A stretch of 64,000 nt of DNA from Clostridia bacterium. GTDB taxonomy: Bacteria > Bacillota > Clostridia > Oscillospirales > CAG-272. A program made the translations under genes and the position numbers. The notes under the pieces are model-generated. The model was not told the DNA's origin. It ran no database searches and saw only the letters and a program-made list of their open reading frames with translations. The stretch lies in assembly GCA_017473085.1 (NCBI GenBank), contig JAFUNF010000018.1:11886-75885 (forward strand), given 5' to 3'. Shown here in pieces: positions 43,866-53,964 of this stretch. How positions within the stretch are numbered: the first letter of the stretch is position 1; every line of letters starts with the position of its first letter.

Positions 43866-44735
43866 ATGACAGATTTAATATACGAAATCGATACTTCAAA
43901 ATACGAAATTAAAATAACGGGAGTTTCCGATAAAAGTAAAAAGGAACTCGTTATTCCTGATGAAATAGACGGAATGGCTGTTACGGAAATAAGCAAAAGT
44001 GCATTTGAGAATTACGAGGAGCTTACAAGCGTGACAATTCCAAGCAGTGTAACCAGCATCGATTCCTATACCTTTGTCACTTGCAAAAAGCTTTCGGCTA
44101 TTATTGTTAAAGAAAACAATAGGACGTATAAATCTATTGACGGAAACTTGTATTCAAAGGATGGAAAAACTCTTATTCGATATGCCATAGGCAAAAAGGA
44201 CACCTCGTTTAAAATTCCAAACGACGTAACTGCATTAGCCCATTTCGCCTTTGCCAATTGCGCAAACCTTAAAAGTATTACAATGCCAAACAGTATAACC
44301 TCAATAGGTGCGTATGCCTTTTCACGTTGCACAGGGATTTCACGCATTGTTGTGCCAAGAGGTGTAACCACAATAGGCAAGCTTGCCTTTGACCACTTCA
44401 TAGGACTTGAAAGTGTTAAAATTCCAAGTAGTGTAACCTGCATCGATCACTTTGCCTTTGCCAATTGCCCAAGCCTTAAAAGTGTTAATATTCCAAGGAG
44501 CATAACCAATATCGGACACTTTGCCTTTATCCATTGCTTAAGCCTTAAAAACGTTACAATTCCAAAGAGTGTAACCAGCATCGGCAAAGAGACCTTTAAG
44601 GGCTGCACAAGTCTTACAATCCACGCACAAGTAAAATCTAAGCCTGACGGTTGGATTCCCAATTGGAATCCAGCCAATAGACCTGTCGTGTGGGGTTACA
44701 AAAAATGGTTCGGTCAAGGAAAGAATACAAAGTAA
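43866..44735 (+). CDS. BspA-type LRR protein, no signal peptide
   Basis: 289 aa of LRR_5 units. The N-terminus MTDLIYEIDTSKYEIKITG is paralogous to the internal M215 region of the preceding gene. RBS AAAGGAG. Confidence 0.75.
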   Translation: MTDLIYEIDTSKYEIKITGVSDKSKKELVIPDEIDGMAVTEISKSAFENYEELTSVTIPSSVTSIDSYTFVTCKKLSAIIVKENNRTYKSIDGNLYSKDGKTLIRYAIGKKDTSFKIPNDVTALAHFAFANCANLKSITMPNSITSIGAYAFSRCTGISRIVVPRGVTTIGKLAFDHFIGLESVKIPSSVTCIDHFAFANCPSLKSVNIPRSITNIGHFAFIHCLSLKNVTIPKSVTSIGKETFKGCTSLTIHAQVKSKPDGWIPNWNPANRPVVWGYKKWFGQGKNTK

Positions 44736-44736
44736 A

Positions 44737-45603
44737 ATGATAAATTTAAAATATGAAAAAAATCCTTCTAAAAATGAAATTACAATAACAGGACTTTCCT
44801 ACAAAAATGTAACCGAGGTTGTTATTCCTGCCGAAATTGACGGAATGGCAGTTACAGAAATAGGCGACTGTGCATTTTTGGATTGTGAGAAGCTTACGAG
44901 TGTTATAATTCCTAAGGGTGTAACCCACATTGGCAAGGATGCATTTTCGGGCTGTTCCTCCCTTACAAGCATCACACTTCCAGAGGGTGTAACAGCAATT
45001 GGCGAGTGTGCCTTTTGGCATTGTACAAGGCTTAAAAGCATTACTATTCCAAGCACAGTAACCTCAATTGGCGACTATGCCTTTCCCGATTGCGAGGAGC
45101 TTACAAGTATTATAATTCCTAATGGTGTAACAGCAATTGGCGAGTGTTGCTTTTCTGGTTGTATAAGCCTAAAAAGTGTAACAATTCCAAGCACTGTAAC
45201 CACAATTGGCGACTGTGCATTTGCAGGCTGTGAGGAGCTTACAAGCGTTACAATTCCCAAGAGTGTAACCACCATTGGTGCAAGTGCCTTTAGGAATTGT
45301 CAAGGGCTTAGAAGCATTGCATTTCCAGAGAGTGTAACCCACATTGGCAAGGAAGCCTTTTACGATTGCATATCGCTTACAAGTATAGTAATTCCAAAGG
45401 GTGTTGATACCTTAAATAATGGTGTCTTTTCTTGGTGCACACGTCTTACAAGCGTCACTATTCCAGAGGGCGTTACCACCATTGACAAGTGTGCCTTTTA
45501 TGGTTGTACCTCTCTTAAATGCGTCACAATACCAAGGAGTGTAACAACAATTGGCGAGCGTGCATTTTCCGATTGCACAATTATTGCATACAACAAAAAA
45601 TAG
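44737..45603 (+). CDS. BspA-type LRR protein, no signal peptide
   Basis: 288 aa of LRR_5 units. The N-terminus MINLKYEKNPSKNEITITG is nearly identical to the internal MTNLKYERKPSKNEITITG of the 42268 gene. Confidence 0.75.
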   Translation: MINLKYEKNPSKNEITITGLSYKNVTEVVIPAEIDGMAVTEIGDCAFLDCEKLTSVIIPKGVTHIGKDAFSGCSSLTSITLPEGVTAIGECAFWHCTRLKSITIPSTVTSIGDYAFPDCEELTSIIIPNGVTAIGECCFSGCISLKSVTIPSTVTTIGDCAFAGCEELTSVTIPKSVTTIGASAFRNCQGLRSIAFPESVTHIGKEAFYDCISLTSIVIPKGVDTLNNGVFSWCTRLTSVTIPEGVTTIDKCAFYGCTSLKCVTIPRSVTTIGERAFSDCTIIAYNKK

Positions 45604-45632
45604 GCTTTGGCGAGCTTGCCAAAGCCTATTTT
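45596..45632. terminator. bidirectional terminator between the LRR gene and the GH94-like gene
   Basis: aaaaaataggctttggc-gagct-tgccaaagcctattttt. Confidence 0.8.
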
Positions 45633-45642
45633 TCGTTAGTCT

Positions 45643-47979
45643 TTATTTTATTACTACGCTTACAGTATGGGTGCCACTCTTAAAGTCGGGAACGATATTG
45701 CCTGTAATCGCCTTACCATCAACAACAATTTCAAGGGTGTAATCCTTGTGCTTGTTTTGGGAGTTATCAATTGAAATTTCGTAGGTTGCGCCACGGAATT
45801 CTCTCTTCATTGTTGCCTTATCAAATGGAAGGTGTGGCTCGATAACAAGTCCCTCGTAGGTTGGTCTTGCGCCGATTAGGTAGTTTTCCATTGTGTTGGT
45901 GTACCAAGCAACAGAGCCTGTAATCCAGCTATATTCCATTTGGAATGCACTATTCTTATGCTCAGGTCCAAAGTAGCAGTTGGAGAACATATATGGTAGG
46001 CACTTATTCTTAATATCAGCATTGTCACCTACAATGTAGCCTGGAGCAATCTTCTTAAATAGCTCGTAAGCCTTGTCAACCTTGCCATACTTCAAAAGAC
46101 CTAAAATCATCCAAATATTTGTATGTGAATAGATTGTACCATTCTCGCAAATGCCTGGCTCCATAGCAGAGATACGACCAATTGTAGAGTCAAACTCCTT
46201 AAATGAAGGTGTTAGTAGCATATATCCAACAGGAGTTGCCATATGCTCATCCATAGCCTTAATTACTGTGTTAGCTCTTTCCTCGCTGGCAACACCAGAA
46301 ACCAAGGACCAGCATTGAGATTCCATAAACATCTTTGCGTACTTGTTTTCCTTTGAGCCAAGAGGCTTGCCTGCGTCTGTGTAGCAACGTCTGTACCAGT
46401 CGCCATCCCAAGCATTATCGTTAATAGCCTTAACTATTGCTTCTCTTCTTGCAAGATAGTTTGCTTCCTTTTCCTTATTGCCAAGGAATTTTGCAAGCTC
46501 TGCCATTTCCAAAAGTGCTTGTGCGTAAGCAATTGATAGCCAAACGCTCTCGCCCTTACCCTCTTTACCAACACCTGTTAAAGAGTCATTCCAGTCGCCA
46601 AACTTAATAAGAAGCAAATCGTGTACGCCCTTGTTGGACTCAAGGAAGTCAAGAGCTCTGTCCATATGTCCAAGAACAGTTGCCTCGCCCTCATCTCTGA
46701 ATGGAACAACCTCGTTTAAGAAGTCAACATCACAGGTTTCACGAAGGTAAGCTGTAAGAGTAAACTCAAGCCAAAGTGCAGAGTCGGAGTAAGCCTTTGT
46801 ATCAACAGGGTTCCAGCCACGAACTGCCATACCACTTGAATATTGATTCTTGATAGCCTCACGCAAGATTTCCTTTGTTCTTTCGTTCTTGAAGGAAACT
46901 ACACCAAAGCCATGTTGAACAATGTCACGGTAGCCATTATATCCCCAACGACACCAGGTAGCACCAAAGTTAGTTGCGTGCTTGCCCCAGAAGTTGATTA
47001 GACGGTCAAAGTGCTCGTCGCTTGTTGTTAAGTGATTCTTTGAATATAAATCCTTATAGTATTTCTTTGTTTCCTCGAAGTATTTATCCTGATTTTTCAG
47101 ATACTTGTCGGCATATTTTTCACTTTCGCACTCACACTCGCCAGCACCAAGAAGAAGGCTGATTTCCTTTTCCTCGTCCTTGTCAAGAGTAATATCAAAG
47201 CGAAGTGAACAGATAGTTGCGTTTGCAGAGCCGATGGAGTTTCTTGAAACGCCCTCTCTTACAACCTCAGGAGATGCAATTGTACCATATTCGCCAACGA
47301 ATACGTTTTGACAGCCCTCACTACCTGTAATCTTCTCGTCTGCAACCATAAATGCAGTTAGGTAGTTGTGTGGCACTATAAATGGATGCTTTGACATATA
47401 GAAGGTGTTTTTCTTTTCGTCAAAGCGAGTGCAACGATACATAGTATCGCCATAGCTATCAAATCCCCACTTAAATCTGAACTGAATTTGGCTATATGTA
47501 AATATGGAATAGGAGCGCTTGCCCTTACCTTCATTCTTAAAGGAAAGCTTCCAAATTTCAACAGGGTCCTTTCCAACGGGCACGAAAAGACGCATTTTTG
47601 CAAGTGTGTCGCAGGTCTTATTCTCAATTAGAGTGTAGCCTAAGCCTTGAGTACACTTGTAGCTTTGATAAGGATGGCAAACAGGCTCCCAGTTAAGAGT
47701 CCAGAACTCCCCTGTTTCATTATCTCTTATAAAAACAAGTCTGTTGTAAAGGTGGTCCTTACCGAAAACGTCATAGTCACAGATACGACCAACACCTGTA
47801 TAAAGCTGAATACCCTCTGTACCATTGATTTGGTAGTCGAAGCAGCCTATACCTGTTTGATGCACGTTTGCATAGCAGGAATCGTTAAACAAAAAGTTGT
47901 CAAAGGGACGTGGTGTGTTTGGAGCAGTAATTACAAACTCGTCGCCCTCTTGGTTAAAATAACCGTACTTGTATTCCAT
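45643..47979 (-). CDS. GH94-like glycoside phosphorylase (cellobiose/chitobiose phosphorylase superfamily), divergent
   Basis: 778 aa. The N-terminus YGYFNQEGDEFVITAPNTPRPFDNFLFN parallels the GH94 N-terminal signature. The size and (alpha/alpha)6-type C-terminal half are compatible. The assignment comes from remembered family features. Confidence 0.55.
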   Translation of the reverse strand: MEYKYGYFNQEGDEFVITAPNTPRPFDNFLFNDSCYANVHQTGIGCFDYQINGTEGIQLYTGVGRICDYDVFGKDHLYNRLVFIRDNETGEFWTLNWEPVCHPYQSYKCTQGLGYTLIENKTCDTLAKMRLFVPVGKDPVEIWKLSFKNEGKGKRSYSIFTYSQIQFRFKWGFDSYGDTMYRCTRFDEKKNTFYMSKHPFIVPHNYLTAFMVADEKITGSEGCQNVFVGEYGTIASPEVVREGVSRNSIGSANATICSLRFDITLDKDEEKEISLLLGAGECECESEKYADKYLKNQDKYFEETKKYYKDLYSKNHLTTSDEHFDRLINFWGKHATNFGATWCRWGYNGYRDIVQHGFGVVSFKNERTKEILREAIKNQYSSGMAVRGWNPVDTKAYSDSALWLEFTLTAYLRETCDVDFLNEVVPFRDEGEATVLGHMDRALDFLESNKGVHDLLLIKFGDWNDSLTGVGKEGKGESVWLSIAYAQALLEMAELAKFLGNKEKEANYLARREAIVKAINDNAWDGDWYRRCYTDAGKPLGSKENKYAKMFMESQCWSLVSGVASEERANTVIKAMDEHMATPVGYMLLTPSFKEFDSTIGRISAMEPGICENGTIYSHTNIWMILGLLKYGKVDKAYELFKKIAPGYIVGDNADIKNKCLPYMFSNCYFGPEHKNSAFQMEYSWITGSVAWYTNTMENYLIGARPTYEGLVIEPHLPFDKATMKREFRGATYEISIDNSQNKHKDYTLEIVVDGKAITGNIVPDFKSGTHTVSVVIK

Positions 47980-48055
47980 ATTATTCTCCTTAGAATGTTT
48001 ATTTTTTTGCTACCTAAGATTGTATCACATATATTTTATGTTTTCAAGCACTTTA

Positions 48056-49807
48056 TTAATATATGATATTGTCAGGACGAATTTTTCCGCCCTCCATGAT
48101 GATTTTGTAGTTGTCGGTAATCTTTTCAATATGTCCCATTGTGGTATCGAAAATTACACTTGCCTCGCCCCACACCTCTGTACCATTTTCGACCTTGCCC
48201 TCGCAATACTCGGCTAAGGCATAGCTTGCATTGATTTTGTAGTAGGTGTAGCGAAGTAATTTACCATCATTTCTTTGAGCAATCAGCTCATAAACCATAT
48301 TTTTCTCCACCATAATGGCTTGCTTTTCTGCCTCGGTCATTGTGTTAATGCGTCTTGGCATTGGATAGAAAATCAAGAGAGTATAAAGGTTTGAAAATTG
48401 GTTTCTGTCATAGGGGTCTTCACTTTCAACGTCGATAAAGCTTAAGCCACTGGTCTTAGTCGTAACTGAAAGCTTGCTCTTTAAGACATCGTAGCTTGTG
48501 TAGAAGGTTTCTTGGTAGTCCTTTGTGTTTATAGTGATTTCCTTCATACCAGGCTCCCCTGCCTCCTCATCCTTGTGAAGGTATTCGTAAAAGCCTGTTA
48601 AAACTGTATTTGTTGCTGCATAGTTTTCCAAAAGGTATTCGTCATTCTCATTTATAAAGAATAGGCTATCCTTAGGGATTTTTACAATAAGACCTGTGTC
48701 GTAATCGTAGAATCTTGCAATGGTGTAATGATAACCGTTAATCTCACTACCTATATCAAAGCTGACTGTACGATTGTTGCCATCCTCGTCCTTTTCCTCG
48801 AATACAGCGCTTATAAAGTAATGCTTCTGCCCTACCTCAAGTCCGTATTTCGAAAGGTCGGTTTCCTCGGTGTAGATTTCAACAACACTATCTCCCTGAA
48901 ATTCAATCAGGATTGTTTCGAAAATCTTAGTTAAGTATTCGTTATTAGCAAGAGCTATCTTGCTACCCTCTGTGGTACCTCTTTCAAGAATAATCTCGAA
49001 GGTAGAGGAGTCATTGGCTTCATCTCTGCTCTTTAGTGCTACACGCACAAGGCTTTCAAGCTCGGTGTTGCCATCGCCGTTTGCATCCTCAAGAGTAGTT
49101 TTGTAAATGTTAAAGGAATTCGTGCCCATTAAGGCGTAGGTGCTATTTGAAAAGCCCTTGAAAATTGTTGGTGCTATAAAGTCAAGCTTGCTTGACAAAA
49201 GCGCCTCGTCAAAGCTTGACATACCCGTAGCACCTGATTGTAGCATATAAATGTTATTTCTGCCCTCAACGTAGGCGTAGTAAATAGGGCTTGAGGTGTT
49301 TGCCTTGTCGCCTATTCTTACATTTACCTGTCTTTTAGTTCCGTCTTCGTCCTCGTAAACAAGGGTATAGCCAAGCTTACAGGAGCTATCAAGTCCGTAT
49401 GTCCTTAGTTGCTCCTCGGTAACGTCCCTCATAGGCTCGTGAGTAATTGAGGTGCCAATATAGGAGGTCAAAATTGTTATCAGGCTTTCATCACAGGGAA
49501 TATTCTCAAAGCCCTTTAATCTGAGCTTGTAATTGTTGTCCTCCTTGGACCATTTTTGCACAAAGGTAAACTCCCCTGTTTCGTTTTTGAGAGTTAGGGA
49601 GGTTATGTCCTTTGAGGAAACCCTTGGGTACATTAAAAGAGCATTATAATAAAGGCTCTCTCCCTCTGAGGGAATTGGAATTTCTTCCTCTGTTCCCCCC
49701 TCTTGTCCCGTGCCTAACCATTTTGGCAAGCCTACTGCAAGGACTATACCAACCACTAAAAGCACAAGGGCAATTATCAAAATTATCGTTTGCTTTTTAA
49801 CTCTCAT
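48056..49807 (-). CDS. DUF4340 domain protein (N-terminal membrane anchor)
   Basis: 583 aa with one N-terminal TM. Last gene of the ABC-2/GldG-type operon, its usual context. Confidence 0.65.
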   Translation of the reverse strand: MRVKKQTIILIIALVLLVVGIVLAVGLPKWLGTGQEGGTEEEIPIPSEGESLYYNALLMYPRVSSKDITSLTLKNETGEFTFVQKWSKEDNNYKLRLKGFENIPCDESLITILTSYIGTSITHEPMRDVTEEQLRTYGLDSSCKLGYTLVYEDEDGTKRQVNVRIGDKANTSSPIYYAYVEGRNNIYMLQSGATGMSSFDEALLSSKLDFIAPTIFKGFSNSTYALMGTNSFNIYKTTLEDANGDGNTELESLVRVALKSRDEANDSSTFEIILERGTTEGSKIALANNEYLTKIFETILIEFQGDSVVEIYTEETDLSKYGLEVGQKHYFISAVFEEKDEDGNNRTVSFDIGSEINGYHYTIARFYDYDTGLIVKIPKDSLFFINENDEYLLENYAATNTVLTGFYEYLHKDEEAGEPGMKEITINTKDYQETFYTSYDVLKSKLSVTTKTSGLSFIDVESEDPYDRNQFSNLYTLLIFYPMPRRINTMTEAEKQAIMVEKNMVYELIAQRNDGKLLRYTYYKINASYALAEYCEGKVENGTEVWGEASVIFDTTMGHIEKITDNYKIIMEGGKIRPDNIIY

Positions 49808-51492
49808 CTACGCTTTCTCCTTATAAGGACTACTGCCATAGCGCCGAGAGCTAATGCTGTTGGCACTAATGCCAAGGTAATAAGAGTTGCCTGTGCCCCT
49901 GATTCTGAAATATCAAGGTCGTAATTTGCAAAGGGCTTTGTATCAATGTAGGCAGGCACCTGTGCAGAGGTCGTTTGACGAATCAAGGAATAAATAATTT
50001 CGTCATTTGGGTAGCTATCTGACCCTATGTAGCTATCGCTGATAAAATCAGGACAAGCACAAGTAATCAAATACGAGGTGTAAGCGTCATTTGTTGAGTT
50101 TGTTTGGTCACTGTTGTTGTTTTTGTAGGTTTCAGAATAGGTTACTGTAACTATGTTATAAACGCCTCTTTGACCCTTAACTGTTGCTGTGCTTCCTGTT
50201 ACTAATAGTGGAAGCGTTCCTCTTTCGCCATCGCCTGTGTTATAGCCACCATCAGTGGTTGGAATATAGCGATTGTCAATTGTGAGGTGTGAGGAATTGT
50301 TAAATTGAGGTCTTATATCTGAGCCATAGGCAAGCTGTGGCAAATATGCCTGTGTAACTGCATTTGAGGTAACAACGCCCTTAAAGGAATTAGGCATGCC
50401 AATCGAATAGCTTCCTTGGTCGGTTACAGTTGCATTTTGCATCTTAACTCCACCCCACTCCTCAAGGAAGCCATAAAGGTTAGGTAGATCTGCACCACTT
50501 TTTAGTGTGGCAGGATTGGAAAAGCACATAATCGTGCCCTGTCCGTCAAGATACTTTCTTAAAAGGGAAATCTCTCCGTCCTCATAGTCCATAGTTGGCT
50601 CGTTAATAATTACTGCACGAGCATCCTCGGGAATATTTGGGCGAGCAACTAAATTGTCAAGCACCACGTCCTTTGTGTATGCCGTTTTACATACAGTACA
50701 GGTGTAGCTTGCCCAATTCTGCTCTGCATCTGTTGAGGGGTCAAATTGTGTGTCACAGCCATTTTCACAAAGGAACACATTGTTTGAAAGAATAATAGGC
50801 ACAAGGTTAAAGCCACTATCAACGAATAAGGTATAAAACTCCGTTGTATCAGTTGCCTCACCATGTCCTTGACATACGTAAATGTATGGTTGCGTGTCTT
50901 GGCATAGGCTAATTAGGTCGGTTGCAAAAACGTACTCTGCATCATAGCCATAAATCTGGTCGTTTTCATCCTTTGAAAAGAAGTAATCAACGGAGTGAAT
51001 ACGATAATTTGTGCCATAGCCACCATCTACGTTTTGTCTTGCGATAATTACATTTGTCTTAGTTGCACTACCAGCCCAGCCATTTTCCTTGAAAAAGCCA
51101 TGGTCCTTTTGTGGGTCCATATAAAGCACCCTTATGTTAGACATTCTCTTTTCTAACTGCTTTGCAGTTGAATGAACGTAGGTAAGCATACCACCTGTTG
51201 GGTCCTCGTCTATGCTTTGCGCCTCGTAGCTGGAGCAACAAAAGATAACATCAATTTTTGCATCCTTTGAGGTTTCAATAGCAAGCTGTGCCAGCTGTTC
51301 TGAAACTGTGTAAGCCTGCTCCTTGGTCATATCAACGTACCACTCAAGGCTTTCTGCCAAAACAGAAATAACTGAGTTTAAAACTATAACAAGGGCAATA
51401 ACAATTGCGCAAAAGGCAATTGTTACAGTGCCATACTTTATCTTTCTTTTGTCAGAAAATGCTTTTAAAAATCCTAACTTCATATCAAGCAC
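49804..51492 (-). CDS. GldG-like ABC-transporter auxiliary component
   Basis: 562 aa with N- and C-terminal TM anchors. 4-nt overlaps with its neighbours. Position after the ABC-2 permease. Confidence 0.65.
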   Translation of the reverse strand: MLDMKLGFLKAFSDKRKIKYGTVTIAFCAIVIALVIVLNSVISVLAESLEWYVDMTKEQAYTVSEQLAQLAIETSKDAKIDVIFCCSSYEAQSIDEDPTGGMLTYVHSTAKQLEKRMSNIRVLYMDPQKDHGFFKENGWAGSATKTNVIIARQNVDGGYGTNYRIHSVDYFFSKDENDQIYGYDAEYVFATDLISLCQDTQPYIYVCQGHGEATDTTEFYTLFVDSGFNLVPIILSNNVFLCENGCDTQFDPSTDAEQNWASYTCTVCKTAYTKDVVLDNLVARPNIPEDARAVIINEPTMDYEDGEISLLRKYLDGQGTIMCFSNPATLKSGADLPNLYGFLEEWGGVKMQNATVTDQGSYSIGMPNSFKGVVTSNAVTQAYLPQLAYGSDIRPQFNNSSHLTIDNRYIPTTDGGYNTGDGERGTLPLLVTGSTATVKGQRGVYNIVTVTYSETYKNNNSDQTNSTNDAYTSYLITCACPDFISDSYIGSDSYPNDEIIYSLIRQTTSAQVPAYIDTKPFANYDLDISESGAQATLITLALVPTALALGAMAVVLIRRKRR

Positions 51493-51496
51493 CCCC

Positions 51497-52222
51497 TTAA
51501 CCTAAGCGTCTTACCTGAAATACTCTTTCGCTTAAAAACAGGAAAAGACCTGTCAAGGAAAGATAGTAAATCAAGGACGCAATATCGAAAACGCCATAGG
51601 TAAAGCTTGAAAATCTACCATAAATGGAAAGCCACTCAAAAATTGTTTCTAAAACAGGCACATCAATTAGCAAATTGATAAAGTAAATGAACAAAAGTCC
51701 AATCAAAATACCAATTGTAATAACCATAGCAACTGCTGAGTTTTCAGTAAGAGTTGAGGCAAAAATACCAATTGCAATAAAGCAAGCTCCTACCAAAATA
51801 AGTGCCATAAGATTGCCAACTATTAAAGCAAGGTTAGGTTGACTTGCGTTTTGTGCCACGTTTGCGTAAAGTGGAATAAGATTTATAAGTGAGAATGCCA
51901 CATAAATTAAAAACATAGAAAGGGCAGATAAAAACTTACCAATTACAAGTGAGGCAATTGAGATGGGCGAGGTAAACAAAAGCTGGTCTGTTTTTGTTCT
52001 TCTCTCCTCGCTAAAGGACCTCATTGTAAGGATTGGAAGAAAGATTGCCATTAAGAAAATCATAATGGTAAAATATGAGGTTGTATTAGAGGTTGGGTCG
52101 CTTGAATAATATGTAGTCAATGCAAAGGCAAAGGCAGACACAAAAAGCGAAACAGCTAAAAATACGTAGCCTAATGGTGTTGTGAAATAGGTACGCATTT
52201 CTTTTTTGTAAATAGCTATCAC
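51497..52222 (-). CDS. ABC-2 type transporter permease (GldF-like)
   Basis: 241-aa six-TM protein starting MIAIYKKEMRTYFTTPLGYVFLAV. Confidence 0.8.
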   Translation of the reverse strand: MIAIYKKEMRTYFTTPLGYVFLAVSLFVSAFAFALTTYYSSDPTSNTTSYFTIMIFLMAIFLPILTMRSFSEERRTKTDQLLFTSPISIASLVIGKFLSALSMFLIYVAFSLINLIPLYANVAQNASQPNLALIVGNLMALILVGACFIAIGIFASTLTENSAVAMVITIGILIGLLFIYFINLLIDVPVLETIFEWLSIYGRFSSFTYGVFDIASLIYYLSLTGLFLFLSERVFQVRRLG

Positions 52223-53202
52223 TTATTATCTCCTCCTTGCTTTTTATTAGCTTTAAATTCAGGGCTTTCCTCTGCCTTTTTAATAAGCTGAACGAAAACG
52301 TCCTCAAGAGTAACGCTAACGTCCTCCATAGCTAAAATAGGCCAGCCCTTTTTTGCAAGCTCGTTAAATAGCATTTTTCTGATTTCAACAGAGCCTGAAT
52401 ATTCAATTATGTAGGTGTAAGCATCTACATCACGTTGTCCATCACAGCTAACACTTCTTACACTATGTATGGAGCGAAGCAGGTTTTGAACCTCCTTTTG
52501 AGGTCCTGCAATTTTAACCTGAAAGCGATTATTTTGTCCTATGGTCTGCTTAAAGCTTGCAGTTGGCTGGTCGGCAATAATTTTTCCTTGATTCATAACC
52601 AGAATTCTGCCACAAATAGCCTGTACCTCTCCAAGAATATGAGTAGATAAAATCACTGTGTGCTTCTTGCCTAAGCTTCTTACAAGGCTTCTGAATTCAA
52701 TTACCTGCTCTGGGCTAAGGCCAACGGTTGGCTCGTCAAGAATAATAATTTTGGGATTGCCAATTAATGTGCCTGCAATACCAACTCTTTGCTTAAAGCC
52801 CTTTGAAAGATTTTTAATAAGCTTGTCCTTTACCTCGGTAATTTTAACAAGACCCATAATTTCGGCCAAGTGCTCTTTTTTGTTGAACTCACAATTTTTA
52901 AGGTCATGAACAAAGGAAAGATATTCCCAAACTGTCATATCCATATAAAGAGGTGGTTGCTCAGGTAAAAAGCCAATTTGCTTTTTGGTAGCTTGTGGCT
53001 CCTCGAATACATCTACTCCGTCAACAAGCACCTTACCACTTGTGGGAGAAAGGTAGCCTGTAATCATATTCATAGTAGTAGATTTACCTGCACCATTAGG
53101 ACCTAAAAGCCCAACAATTTCCCCTTCTTTTATTGTAAAGGAAACGTCGTCAACTGCGTAGTTGTTGCCAAATCTTCTCGTAAGATTGCATACTTCAATC
53201 AT
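52219..53202 (-). CDS. ABC transporter ATP-binding protein (GldA-like)
   Basis: Walker A GPNGAGKST, signature LSKGFKQR, Walker B IIILDEPT. ATG 53202 with RBS AGGAG is preferred over the track's TTG 53217. Confidence 0.9.
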   Translation of the reverse strand: MIEVCNLTRRFGNNYAVDDVSFTIKEGEIVGLLGPNGAGKSTTMNMITGYLSPTSGKVLVDGVDVFEEPQATKKQIGFLPEQPPLYMDMTVWEYLSFVHDLKNCEFNKKEHLAEIMGLVKITEVKDKLIKNLSKGFKQRVGIAGTLIGNPKIIILDEPTVGLSPEQVIEFRSLVRSLGKKHTVILSTHILGEVQAICGRILVMNQGKIIADQPTASFKQTIGQNNRFQVKIAGPQKEVQNLLRSIHSVRSVSCDGQRDVDAYTYIIEYSGSVEIRKMLFNELAKKGWPILAMEDVSVTLEDVFVQLIKKAEESPEFKANKKQGGDNK

Positions 53203-53366
53203 ATTTTCTCCTGTCAAAGGTATATTACCTTATAATTATAAATATAACTTTACTTTAAAAGTATAGCATATAATAAAAAGGATTGCAATAACAATATTTT
53301 CTTTTCACATAAAATTCAGCTTCTATTTCATTTTGTTTTCACATTGAGAGAGCCTGCACATCTCTC

Positions 53367-53395
53367 TTGACTTTTCAACTTAACAGTGCTATAAT
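53367..53395 (+). promoter_or_regulatory. sigma-A type promoter for the small lipoprotein gene
   Basis: TTGACT, 17 nt, TATAAT. Confidence 0.55.
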
Positions 53396-53418
53396 CACTA
53401 AAAAAGGAGAGTGATAAT

Positions 53419-53928
53419 ATGAAAAAAATTAAAATTTTCTCTTTAGCCCTTGCACTTGTGCTATCGCTTGTGCTTTTGCTTTCAGGCTGTAATTTATTAA
53501 AGCCTGCTTATGAGGGAAAGAGCAAAACCTTTACAAACGACGAATTGGAAATAACCTTAACCGATAGCTTTTTTGAGTCTGAAAACGAGGACAGAGAGTT
53601 TTTCTATCTCTCAACCTCCTGTGGTGCAACAGGCTTTAAGGAGCATAAGTCCGATTTATTTACTACAAGTGGCACAGTAAGGGATTATGCAAATCTGATG
53701 AAGCAAGCAAATTCCTCAATGAATCCATCAGAGGTAAAAACAGAAAACGGTCTTGTTTACATTGAATGCACAAAGCTTGACGACGATGGTGAGGAATGGA
53801 CCTACTTCTTAACCTTCCTACAAGATGGGGACTATTTCTGGACTATTCAATTCCATTGCTTAAGCGAGGAATACGAGGCCTTTAAGCCCCACTTCTTTAC
53901 TTGGGCTAACTCAATAAGCTTTAAATAA
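53419..53928 (+). CDS. putative lipoprotein, function unknown
   Basis: Signal peptide with lipobox LLSGCN. 169 aa. RBS AAGGAGAG. Confidence 0.6.
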   Translation: MKKIKIFSLALALVLSLVLLLSGCNLLKPAYEGKSKTFTNDELEITLTDSFFESENEDREFFYLSTSCGATGFKEHKSDLFTTSGTVRDYANLMKQANSSMNPSEVKTENGLVYIECTKLDDDGEEWTYFLTFLQDGDYFWTIQFHCLSEEYEAFKPHFFTWANSISFK

Positions 53929-53932
53929 AGCA

Positions 53933-53964
53933 AAATCCGTAGTCGGCTGACTACGGATTTTTAT
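53933..53964. terminator. bidirectional terminator between convergent lipoprotein genes
   Basis: aaaatccgtagtc-ggct-gactacggattttt. Confidence 0.8.

Noticed and set aside
42762-45275. Multiple antisense and alternate-frame ORFs inside the LRR genes (e.g. 42762-43328, 43401-43619, 44066-44443, 44799-45056).
   Set aside because: Their periodicity mirrors the 69-bp LRR unit on the opposite strand. The sense-strand LRR reading frames have RBSs and recognisable LRR_5 consensus.
41513-45603. Diversity-generating retroelement, because the four-helix-bundle protein resembles DGR Avd.
   Set aside because: There is no reverse transcriptase in the window. There is no template/variable repeat pair with adenine-specific differences. 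The LRR proteins are not the usual C-type-lectin-fold targets. The perfect 69-bp repeats are tandem, not TR/VR.
41163-45640. Genomic island integrated at tRNA-Thr.
   Set aside because: I saw no integrase or recombinase and no duplicated tRNA 3' end (att-like direct repeat) at the distal boundary. I can only call it an accessory-looking islet.
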